A stretch of 63,842 bases of DNA, counting the filler, from Jimgerdemannia flammicorona (lineage: Eukaryota), in NCBI GenBank assembly GCA_003990765.1. It is 3 parts of 3 records of this genome, joined end to end, with 100 filler letters (N's around TTAATTAATTAA, not from the genome) between each part and the next. Parts side by side here need not be neighbours in the genome. Positions count along the whole stretch, not along the records: positions 42,646 to 63,842 come from RBNJ01001504.1; 2 more parts are not named here. The stretch is one strand, 5' to 3'. The notes under the pieces were generated by a model that saw only the letters and a list, made by a program, of their open reading frames with translations, had not been told where the DNA came from and did no database searches. The position numbers were made by a program, and so were the translations under genes. This document shows positions 52,904 through 63,842 of this stretch, piece by piece (positions within the stretch are counted from its first letter, which is position 1; each line of letters starts with the position of its first letter).

Positions 52904-54058
52904 CTGTTGGTCTGAACTTTAGTTGTCATTCCAACTATTGGCATGATAGTTGGTATTAGCTTTTCCTATAAATGTTATTACTTAGTCTGCTTTATCTTTA
53001 AATGGAGTAAGGTGGATGTCTTTTGTAAGCTTATTTATTTCAATACTAAGATAGAGAGCTTGAGTAAGTATAGCTACTTAGTCAGCCAATACTGCTATCT
53101 TGTCATTGACTGATATCATTCTGCTATCTATATTGTCTGTTTGATGGGATAGTTGAGGTTTTTCTTCTTCAATTACTATTGTATATTGATTGTGAGTTAG
53201 GGCTAATTCTTCTATGATATTACTAAGATGGGTAAGTCTGTAGGCTGATAGTTTTGATGGATTGATTATTGGGTCTACTATAATCTTGGGTAGGCTTGAT
53301 GTCCTTTATAGTAATTCTATAATAGTACTGGGGCTACCAAGATTAGGTTTGAGGGTTTCTTCAATTATTCTTCTAGATCTAGATGATGTGATAAGAATTC
53401 CACTAGGTTAAATAACTTGTAGATCTTGTTGCTGAATTATTTTTGCTTATGTATAAAGAATTCAATAGTAGAAGTAGGATTTCTTCTAGTAGGTATAGTA
53501 TTCTTTAAGTTCAGAAAAGCCTTGGCCTTATAGTAGTAATCATTCAAAAGAAAATTCAGAAAATGTTCAGTTGCAGTTTTGATAGATTTTTATATATATT
53601 TCTTATGAAAGTGATTACTAACTAGATTGTTGAAACTCTTCTTAAGTTCTGAGATATAAGAGACTTCTTTATTGAGTGCAAGGAAGGTATTGAATACTTC
53701 TTGGATTATTTTGTTATTGAGTTTGTTAAACTCATCTTGGCTGATGTGGGTTTCAGTCTACTTGGTAATGATTCTATTAGATTCTTCAGCTTAGATCTAG
53801 AAAGTATTCAGAGTGAAGGTATTCCTTGGCTATTACTATCAATATTGGTAATATTGATCTATCTGATTTTTTATAGTATTTTTGAAGAAGAGTTGCTCAT
53901 AAGTGGTAAGAAACTGTCTGCTATTATCAAATTATAATAAAACTATATATTGTTAGAATTACTATATTGCAGATAATCAATGATTACTATCAGCTCTGAG
54001 TTCTGAGTTCTTGAGAAAGCATGAAGTTCTAAATTATCTAATATGGTAGAACCTAAGT

Positions 54059-55554
54059 TGTAAGAGAGTTGCTTTTTAGAGTAACCATTATGTAGTTCTG
54101 GAAGGGTTTTCTGAAAGTTCTGGATATTCTGGAAGACTGTTTTCTTATAATCAAGATCAATTTCATATAGAGTATGTCCTCTACACTTATTGATTTCAAG
54201 ATCAGGTTGACGTCTCAACCAAAGTCCTTTTTTAGACTAGTTCTGGATGTTCAGGATTTTCCATATTTTAGGAAGTTCAAGAAACTAAGACCAGCTTAGT
54301 TGAATTGGCGTATCGCTGCAGACAATACCCAATTAGAAAATTTCGTGATAGGGTTAGGAGTGGGACCTAACAGAGAGCAGATTTACTTAAGAGTGGTTTG
54401 TGGGTTATTAAATAGGTTTATTTACTATTTATGATATTGCTATACTAGGAGTAGTTGTGTGAAGAGATATTATGGGGAAGTGCTCAGAAGTTGTATTCAG
54501 ATTGTTCAGATCTGAGATTCTGAGGTCTGGGGGAGGGGGTATTTATATCAGTGAGGAGCTATCTGGACTATGCTAAATATGGATGTAGTACTAAGTGCCT
54601 TGCTGAGTTGGAATGCAGTCATGTAGTACAAGTGTGATCTGACATATCAAGAGATCATCTGACTACTGAGTCAGTTCACAGTCACGTCATACAAGGCTAA
54701 TCTAACTATACTACATATGACTGCTAAGCTATTTATAGGTTTAGGCACTATCTGGGAAGTCTTTGATGACATCACTATTGATGACATCATCACTGGCAAA
54801 GTCTGAGCAGTTTTCTGGCTTCTGACATTATTAGTTTCAAGATGTCGTCACTTCTATCTCTTGCAAGATTAAGGCTGTCCTTAGTGGCGGTGGTTGTACA
54901 AGGATAACAGGTCTTGGTTCTCTTTTTTTTTGATCTGCTGGTACATTTGCGAGGACTGGCCATTCTTGTTTAGAGTGAGGGCTTCCAATGTCATGGCTGG
55001 GGGTTTGAACTTCTTGGAAATGATATTTTCTGTAATCCGAGGCAATTTCTAGTAGTAATATCTGTCATGTGGATGACTTGAGATTGGTTTCGATGATGTC
55101 AGCTTTCTTGAGTTCAGATGAAACATCTGTCACTCTCCAATAGAGGTGACACAGATAGAGTAAACAGAGTTGTTCAAATGCATTTTGCTTCTGCTAAGTA
55201 ATGCGGTCTTGTATAGTTGCAGTATATCTTGGTCTTGAGTTGATAAATACAGTTTGTAAACCTTTTGATAAATGAGATAGGGTCTTCTTATCTCGATTTG
55301 AGTTTGGTACTTTTGATTTCCTTTTGTAATAGTACAGTACACTAAACTAGTTATAGTGGTTCAGAGTCAGTCTTATGGTTGTAGTACTTCTTCTAGTATT
55401 CTTGTATCTTGACAGTGGGTTCTTGTGCTTGCTGGTATATTTCATGTAACCAGATAATCTCTTCAGTAACTTGTTTTATAGTCTCACATGTGGTTTCCAA
55501 ATTAGTTCTGAGGATGCTATGCAATTTTGGTGGCTTGGAGGTTGTGTGCTTACA
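54059..55554 (-). repeat. 3' LTR (~1496 bp, TGTAAG...CTTACA)
   Basis: Direct repeat of 62079-63569, preceded on the minus strand by the polypurine tract AAAAAGGGGAGAGT (55555-55568). Confidence 0.93.
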
Positions 55555-55987
55555 ACTCTCCCCTTTTTAGCTTTTGACATCCTCGTCGGGGTCTTCTAAT
55601 TTTATTCTAGTGCTATTACACCATTTGGAAGGTCAAAAGTCCAGTAAAGTCCATTTTTTCAGAAAGTGGCATACTCATAGTACAGTTGCCTAATGTATTG
55701 GATTTACATATTAAAGGGTCATATGTTCGATGCCGTGTACCAGAAGTGATTCTGATATCATTCAATACTGGAGAATTTCCTCTAAGGAATCTTCTTAAAT
55801 GTCTATGCCTCATTTCCCACCAGTGGTATGGGGAGAATAGGCTTGCTTTCAGTTTTGTTATTTTTCTAGAGGGTCAGTATCCTTTTGTTCTGTCTTGCTG
55901 AGTTCTTGATTAGGTTCATGATAATTATAATGTTCAGGAGGGTAATATATGCTATATACTGATAGGTGTTGGAGTATTCCGATTTCA

Positions 55988-58900
55988 GTTGTTCAAGAAA
56001 TTATATTCCTAAACTAAGTCAGTAGCATTCTGGAGATTGGTCTTGGATTCCCAGATTGCATTATAGATTGGGTAATCTTTCCATTTGACAAGGAACTCTG
56101 GGTGGTTCTTGTTACCACATTTGTTGAGAATTTGTTCAACTTCATACTCTTCTTGGTCATTAATAATGACAGGTACAGGTGGTTCCATGGTTCGGTTTGG
56201 GAATAGGTCATTGTCATTTTCATTATATTGCTTGAGATATTGGACATTGAAGACTGGGTGAATCTTAATGGTATCTGGTAGTACCAATTTGTAGGAAGTA
56301 GGAGAGACTTGTATAATAACTTTGAATGCTCTAATGAACTTGCTGTTTAGCTTTGTAGATGGTCTGTGCTTGAGGTTGTCAACTCAGTATTCTTGGATGT
56401 CTAGTAGAACATTTTCTCCAATATCAAAGGTTTCTTCTCGGCAATATTGGTTAACATACTGTGACTATTGTTCTTGAGCTTGCAATAAATTCTCAATTGT
56501 GATCTGGCTTAGATTACATATTCAGAGTAAGAATTCTTCAATAGCTTCAACTGTGGAAGGTTCTTCAGTAGTTTGGATGAGTGTCAAAGGAGTGTTTGGG
56601 TTTTGTCCAGTGTTAGCAAAGAATGGAGTCATTCCAAGAGAGGCTTACTTGCTGTTGTTGTAGGCAAACTTGACTGCAGTGAGGTGTTCATGCCAATCAT
56701 CTTGTCTGTAGGAGATATAGTTCCTCAGTATTTGTTCTAGAGTTCAGTTCATTCTTTTGGTTTGGCCATTAGTTTTGGGGTAAAAGGCTGTGGATAGTGC
56801 AAGTTTTGTTCCAAGGTGTGTATGGAGGGCTTTCCAAAAATGGCTGGTGAATTTCGGGTCTTGGTCACTAATAATGATCTTAGGAAGACCATGATAGTGG
56901 AAGATGTTGTTAAACAAGAGTGTAGCTATGTCTGGTGCTGTTGTAGTAGTGGTAGTAGGTATAAAGTGGGCTTGTTTGCTAAGATAATCCATAAAGACAA
57001 CAATTGCATCTTTCCTGTTCTTGGTTTAGGGTAGTTGTACAATGAAGTCCATAGAGATTTATTCCCAATTAGTAGATGGTACTGGGATAGGGTGGAGTAG
57101 ACCAGGTTTTGCTAGTGTTGAGGACTTGTTTCATTGGCAGGCATTACAGAAAGTGATGTAGGTCTTGAGCTAATCTGCCATGCAGGGCCAATAGAAGTTC
57201 TGGGAGATAACTTCATAACATTTATCAAATCCTAAATATCCAGCTATAGGAGCATTATGACATTCAAATAGGATAGTCCTTCAGAGGTCTTGGTTGTTTG
57301 GAACATACAATCTGTTCTTGTAGTAGATAGCATTGTCCTTGAGTTGGTATTGGTTGTACTGGGTATGCTTGTTAGCATTATTACTGTTCAGGATTTCTCA
57401 GAGTACTTGAGCTTCCTTATCATCAGCACATGCTATGATAATTTGTTCCATGATGGAGTTTGTAACCAGGGTGAGAGTTTGGATAACTTCTTCAATTAGT
57501 GGTCTTGAGATTGCATTGGCAACAATATTTTCCTTGCTAGAGCGATACTGGATTTCATTGTCAAAGTTGGTGAGAACTTTCATCCATCTGGCTTGCTTTC
57601 AAGAAAGTGTAGCCTGGGTCTTGATGTTGACTAATGACTTGTGGTCAGTTAATACAGTGAAGTGTACTCCTTCTAGGTATAGTCGCCATTTGATCAGAGT
57701 GTCTATGATGGCTAACATTTCCTTCTCGTGAGTTGCATAGTTGATTTCGGCATCATTGAACTTATGGGAATGATAGGCCACAGGGTGTCCTTCTTGCATG
57801 AGCATGGCTCCAAGAGCTAGGTCAGAGGCATTAGTAGTGACTTTATATGGTAGGGCAGGATTTGCCACTTGAAGTACTGGAGTGATTATCAAGGCATCTT
57901 TCAATACTTGAAAGGCTGTATCTTGTTCAGGTCCCTAATTTACAAGATTGTTGAAGTCTTTCTCTTGTTTTGTGGTCCAGGGTTGTTCTTCTTTCTTGCT
58001 ATGCTTGGTCATTTGGATAAGGGTGGTAGTGATTTTGGTGAAGTTGGCAACAAAATGCCAGTAATAGTTTGCTAATCCCAGGAATGACTGTAGGTCCTTC
58101 AGCTTCTTGGGTCTGGGCCAATCCTTAATTGCGGAGATTTTGCTGGGGTCTACTTTGATTCCATTTGGAGTAACAATGTGTTTAAGGAATTGAATTTCCT
58201 TCAGGAGAAATTTGCACTTACTGAGTTTTGCAAAGAGTTGGTTTTCTTGGAGTTTCAGTAGTACTAGTTCAAGGTGTTCGAGATGTTCCTCTAGAGTTTT
58301 GCTGAAGACTAGAATGTCATCAATATAGACAATAACAAATTTGTCCAGATATGGATGCAGAATAGTGTTCATCAGTATCTGGAAGATTGCTGGAGCATTA
58401 GTTAAGCCAAAAAGTATAACCAGGAACTTGAAGTATCCATAGCAGGTTTGGAAGGCTGTCTTGTAGATGTCTTCTTCTTTCATGGCAATTTGCCAGTAAC
58501 TATTTCATAGGTCAAAAGAGCTCATGAATTGTGAGTTGGTAAGCCTATTGAATATTTCATCAATTCTGGATAGTGGGCAACAGTTCTTGATGATCTGTTT
58601 GTTAAGGTCATGGTAGTCAATACACATTTGCAGGTCTTCTCCTTTCTTGACAACAAAGAGGACTGGTGCACCAAGAGTGATACACTGGGTCTAATGAATC
58701 CTTGTTCTAGGAGTTCATTGATTTCCTTCTTGAGTGCATCAATTTCTCTTGGAGACATGTGGTAGATTGACTTGAAGGCTGGTTTTGCATCTGGAATAGT
58801 CTTGATGGTATGGTCTACTGTTCTTTTGGGAGGTAGGCCTTTTGGGAGTTTTTTTGGGAATATGTCTTGGAATTTCTGGAGTAGTGGTCTGATGTGACTA

Positions 58901-59425
58901 TCAACTTTGGAAAAATCTTCTTTAGAGTTCTCAGGTTCTCCTTTGGATGAGTAGATGGAGATGGTGGAGAGAGGGCATTTCTTGGCTAATTTCTTGAGTT
59001 GTAGCTTATTGATGTGGGTGATCTTTGGTCCAGAGTCACTAGAGTTGAGTGGGTCCTTTTCGTCTTGCAGTTTGAAGTTGTGGCATCCTTTCTTGATAGT
59101 TAGAGAATGGTTTACCCAATTGATCATGAGGTTCTCTTGTTTCAACCATGGAGTCCCAAGGATGATTTTGTTGTCAGAGAGTAGTATGATCTGGAGGGTA
59201 ACATATACTCAGTAGTCACCAATTCAGAATGGTAGATTGCAGACTTCCTTACTAATAATATGTGAGGTTTCATCAGCTATGGCAACTGCTTGAGTTTGTT
59301 ATACCAGAGAGGTGAAGACCTTGAGTCTGTTGGCTATCTCTTCATTGGTAAAGTTGCCTGAGGTATTACTGTCTATCATAATCTTAACAGGTGCTCAGTT
59401 GATAAAAGCTTTAAGTGTAAGCAGT
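55988..59425 (-). pseudogene. pol: pol: protease, RT, RNase H, integrase, chromodomain
   Basis: IMIDSNTSGNF (PR). KTAF...FGLTNAPAIFQ...VYIDDILVFS (RT). TNASDLALGAML...NYATHEKEMLAI (RNase H). IISDQDPKFTS...YPKTNGQTKR (IN). EYEVEQIL...FLVKWKDYP...WE (chromodomain). Multiple stops. Confidence 0.92.
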
Positions 59426-59644
59426 TTGTCTGATCCAATGGTGGTAATTTCGGTTGTAGAAATTTTCCTTCAGTTGGTTCTTCTTTAGGTCAGTTCATTG
59501 ATACAAGAGAAACAATCATCAATCATTTGGAAAGAGTACATTCCAATGTTATGTGGACATCGGCCACTTGGTACATATCCATCTTTGATTTTCTTGTAGA
59601 ATTGTTCTTATTTGTTCATAGTAGGTTGGGCTGGGGCCTTGTTT

Positions 59645-60050
59645 GATGAGCCAAATCCTTTGGATCCTCAGATGGTGGGCAGTAGTTCAGGGACTTCCTT
59701 GACTGTCAGAGTTGACTCAATTTTTTCGAATAGGATCTGGATGATGCAGAAACCAATAGGGATCTTGAAGGGTATCCAACTATGGTTTTGGATCAGAACA
59801 ATGATTTCACCTGTATAATCTTCATCAATGACTCCTCTTTCTACTAAGAGTCCTTTCAATACTAGGCTGCTGTGACAACATATTCTTCCAACATATCCTT
59901 CAGGGATTTGGATACTGATTTCTGTATAGACTTGCTTGACTTCTTGATTGGAAACTATAGCTTCTTTGGCTGCATACAGGTCATATCCAGCTACTTTTTG
60001 ACTTTCTTTAGTAGGGGTCTTAGCAGTTTGTCTTAACTTGACAAAGTCTA
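59645..60050 (-). pseudogene. dut: Trimeric dUTPase domain of the retrotransposon polyprotein
   Basis: All five motifs are recognisable: AGYDL; GRICCHSSLVLKG; GVIDEDYTGEI; CIIQILF; TI*GSKGFGSS (the TGA plausibly from CGA). Confidence 0.92.
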
Positions 60051-60129
60051 GTGTTCTGGTGGTCAGGTTATTGAGGTGGTGCAGAGTGGTAACCATTGCT
60101 TGTATTGCTGTTCAGGGTTTTCGGTTGGG

Positions 60130-61750
60130 GCAGGCACTGGCCATATATCCTGTCTTTCGGCAATAGAAGTATGCTCCACTTCTTCAAAGTTCATTCCTTT
60201 CTCCTTCAGTGAGTTTCTTGAAGGTACTCGGCTGAGTAGGTTCATGATTTCTGGGTGTCTATGAAGTGGATGTTGAGGGAGCTCAGGATGTTTCATACTT
60301 GGATTCTTCTTTCTTGGTCTAAGTCTTTTCCTTATTGTTAAATTGTCTTTGGGGCAGAATTGATCCAGCTGTTAGGATTCACTTGACCATAGTCTTGATT
60401 CTTGCCAGGCACCATTGTTGGTGATCACAACCAACTGGGCAGCCTTGTTCTCGGATTTTTCTAGTAAGCCATTCAGGTAGTGCATTGAATAGATGATCTG
60501 CTCTTATACCATTTTGTGCTTCATCATTGGCAATATATCCTAGGCCAACAGTGTTCAGGAGTAACTCGAGTTTTGTACAGAAGGTTTCAAATTCTTCTTT
60601 GCCATGTACATCAAATTTGAGATTGTGGAGTTTTACTTGAGATTTAGCAATTATGGTTTTGCTGCAGTATTGAGAAATCATAAGTTGTTTCAGTCTAGGG
60701 GCTGCAGGATGGGCTCCATATCTTGGGGCATTATTTACTGCATTCTGAGCAACTACTGCAGGTCAGGTATCCTATGTGAGGGGTTTTTCGGGAAGGGTTT
60801 GCCACCATTCTTCAGTAGGTCCTTGGAAGAATGTAACAACTTAGCGGACATAGGCTGTGGTGGTAGCAAAGAGTTGTTCCAGAGTGTGGTCTTGATTATT
60901 TGTCAGAATGCGGTCAGCAACTCACTCATTGGTCCATTGATTGGCTTCGAAGTTAGTATCAACTACACTAATGAAGCTTTGGACTTCTTGTGCAGTACCA
61001 TTGAAGATAGGTAGGCTCAGATTTTTTATAGATTGGATCTGTTTGGCTAGGGCAGTAATGGTTGCTACTATTATTGCTATCTGAGCTGTAAGGTCTAGAA
61101 TCTGTTGGTTCACTATGTTGTTTACTGGAAGCAGTTAGACTATTAGTAGTGGTATTACTGATACTACTTGAGGTACTGGTGCAGAGTGTGATGGGGTTCT
61201 TTGGGTCTGTGTGAGTTGCTGGAGTAGTAGTTGTGGGTCTGGAGTAAGGGCTTGATAGATAACTGTTTGTTGTTGTGTAGGTGTATTCTGTCCTGATGGA
61301 GGTACTTCTCCTTCGGTAGTGTATCCAGGATCGAATTCACTGAGATACTCCTCCTCCTCTTCAGTTTGGTCTCTATGTAATTGGGTTTGCTCGGCATCAA
61401 AGTAGATGGAATCAGTTGTATATCTGATTTCAGATAGATTTAATTCAAAGTCAAGTTCAGGTTCAGTATTGGTTTCAGATTCAGGTAGGGCTGTAGCAGA
61501 GCCTGCTTCTGGTTCAGAATCAGGTAGTTGATGAAGAGTTTCTCTAGCTTCTTCTTTAAGAATATGGCAGGCCTTGCTATTCTGGAATTGGTAGTATAAT
61601 GCAGTCTTGGTCCTGGTATGGTAAAAGTCAGTAGAGTTGAGCCACTTGGCTATAGAGGCTTGGGCTTCATGAGGAACTAAGGCTAGAAAGACTGCTGCTG
61701 GTTGTCCTAGGTTGCTCGGATTTGTGGAGCTGACAAAACTCTTATTAAGA
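60130..61750 (-). pseudogene. gag: gag with C-terminal CCHC knuckle
   Basis: LPIFNGTAQEVQSFI and capsid-like segments (ORFs 60922-61113, 60379-60681). Knuckle YFYCRKTGYMASACP, decayed from CxxCxxxxHxxxxC. The start position is uncertain. Confidence 0.75.
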
Positions 61751-62062
61751 AGAGTAAAGAAGGCTTCAATAAGACCTTCTTCATCTTGACTTACTGGGTG
61801 TAGTGCAAGGAGTTTAGTGAATAGGGTTTCACCTATTTGCTGATTTAATTGGAGTACTTCTTTCTTTGAGTGAAGTTTGTCCCACTTGTTGTAGGTGTGG
61901 AGGTCAAATTGTCCTTGTACATTAGGTTCAATTCTCTCTAGATTGTCAGATGGTTCAGGATAAATTCCAGTTCAGAGGTTGGGCTTTATACCAACTTGTA
62001 GGAATTCTCAGAAGGGTTTGTAGTGGGGTGAGAAAGCATCTTGAAGCAGAATTGGATTGTAA

Positions 62063-62075
62063 ACTGCTGCTACCA
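62063..62075 (-). promoter_or_regulatory. Primer-binding site, probably initiator Met tRNA
   Basis: TGGTAGCAGCAG begins 3 nt after the LTR end CTTACA. TGGTAGC is complementary to the ...GCUACCA 3' end typical of eukaryotic initiator tRNA. Confidence 0.7.
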
Positions 62076-62078
62076 AGT

Positions 62079-63569
62079 TGTAAGAGAGTTGATTTTTAGG
62101 GTAACTATTACATAGTTCTGGAAGGGTTTTCTGGAAGTTCTGGATATTCTGGAAGACTGTTTTCTTATGGTTAAGATCAATTTTATATGGAGTATATCCT
62201 CTACACTTATTGATTTCAAGATTGGGTTGATGTCTCAACCAAAGTCCTTTTTTGGACTAGTTCTAGATATTCAGGATTTTCTGTATTTCAGAAAGTTCAA
62301 GAAACTAAGACCAGCTTAGTTGAATTGGCATATCACTGCAGACAATACCCAATTAGGAAATTTCGTAACAGGGTTAGGAGTGGGACCTAACAGGGAGCAG
62401 ATTTACTTAAGAGTGGTTTGTGGGTTATTAAATAGATTTATTCACTATTCATGATATTGCTATACTAGGAGTAGTTATATAAAGAGATATTGTAGAGAAG
62501 TGCTCAGGAGTTGTGTTTGGATTGTTCAGGTCTGAGATTCTGAGGTCTGGGGGAGGGGGTATTTATACCAGTGAGGGGCTATCTGGACTATGCTAAATAT
62601 GGATATAGTACTAAGTGTCTTGCTGAGTTGGAATGCAGTCACATAGTACAAGTGTGATCTGATATGTCAAGAGATTGTCTGACTACTGAGTCAGTTCACA
62701 ATCACATTCATACAAGGCTAATCTAACTATACTATGGCTGCTAAGCTATTTATAGATTTAGGCACTGTCTGGGTAGTCTTCGATGACATCACTATTGATG
62801 ACATCATTACTGGTAAAGTCTGAGCAGTTTTCTGACTTCTGACATCATCAGTTTCAAGGTATTGTCACTTCTATCTCTTGCAAGATTAAGGCTGTCCTTG
62901 GTGGTAGTGGTTGTATAAGAATAACAGGTCTTGGTTCTCTTTTTTTTTGGTCTACTGGCACATTTGCGAGGACTGGCCATTCTCGTCTAGGGCAAGGGCT
63001 CCCAATGTCACAGCTAGGGGTTCGAACTTCTCGGAAATGATATTTTCTATAATCTGAGGCAATTTCTAATAGTAATATCTGTCATGTGGATGACTTGAGA
63101 TTGGTTTCGATGATATTGGCTTTCTTGAGTTCAGATGAAGTATCTGTCACTCTCCAATAGAGGTGATACAGATAGAGTGAACAGAGTTGTTCAAATGCAT
63201 TTTGCTTCTGCTAAGTAATGAGGTCTTGTATAGTCACAGTGTATCTTGGTTTTGAGTTGATAAGTGTAGTTCATGAACCTTTTGGTAGATGAGATAGGGT
63301 TCTTATCTTGATTTGAGTTTGGTACTTTTGGGTTCCTTTTATAATAGTACAGTACACCAAACTAGTTATAGCAGTTCAGAGTTAGTCTTATGGTTGTAGT
63401 ACTTCTTCTAGTATTCTTATATCTTGATGGTGGGTTCTTGTGCTTACTGGTGTATTTTGTGTAACCAGATAATCTCTTCAGTAACTTGTTTTGTAGTCTC
63501 ACATGTAGTTTCCAAATTAGTTCTGAGGATGCCATGTGATTTTGGTAGCTTGGAGGTTGTGCGCTTATA
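62079..63569 (-). repeat. 5' LTR (~1491 bp)
   Basis: Starts TATAAG (decayed TGTAAG) and ends CTTACA. Contains TATAAATACCCCC and is collinear with the 3' LTR. Confidence 0.93.
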
Positions 63570-63842
63570 TAAGAATTACTTTCATATTCTTGCTTTAGAA
63601 GAGGCTATACTTATATTCCAAGTTAATTAGACTTGAAATTATTAGTAAGTCAGATCTGAGGTTTCTGTGATAAGAATACTACTTTAATCTTATATTGTGG
63701 AAAGCAGAGCTGAGGTTATAATTCACTTAGTACAGAGGATATTTATATATATCTATAGGCTAACTTTGAGATTATACCTCTAGAAGATTATAATTTAATC
63801 TTTATATATATCTACTATAATATATCAGCTTAATAAAGATAA

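Larger units (their letters stand above)
54059..63569 (-). mobile_element. Full-length (9.5 kb) degenerate Ty3/gypsy chromovirus with dUTPase
   Basis: Paired LTRs, PBS, PPT and a near-perfect 5-bp TSD (TAAGT 54054-54058, TAAGA 63570-63574). Domain order gag-CCHC-dUTPase-PR-RT(YIDD)-RNaseH-IN-chromodomain. Confidence 0.95.

Noticed and set aside
59420..59500. Programmed frameshift between dUTPase and protease
   Set aside because: The two copies are out of frame in opposite directions (+1 and -1), which fits independent indels in a single ancestral frame. It cannot be decided from this window.

Overview
Eukaryotic, almost certainly fungal DNA. An early-diverging, Mucoromycota-like lineage is inferred from gene and transposon content, not proven. 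A CpG-rich host-gene island (~10.0-25.25 kb) sits between two blocks of nested, C->T-hypermutated, CpG-depleted transposons. The island holds a SAM-headed gene truncated by a LINE, a 4-exon bestrophin/UPF0187-type channel gene, an intact F-box/LRR-like gene beside a frameshifted paralogue, a multi-exon XRCC4-like gene and a short LSU rRNA fragment. The repeat blocks contain: a full-length 9.5-kb Ty3/gypsy chromovirus with a dUTPase between the gag zinc knuckle and the protease and ~1.5-kb LTRs, plus two partial relatives; a second gypsy family; three L1/Tx1-like LINEs and one LINE 5' fragment; four copies of a ~1.2-kb non-autonomous poly(A) retroelement with a fixed 5' end; hAT transposase relics; and a hAT MITE whose arms are built from ~115-bp hairpins. 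Two N-gaps carry an artificial TTAATTAATTAA linker. All alignments and translations were done by eye, so boundaries inside decayed elements are approximate.
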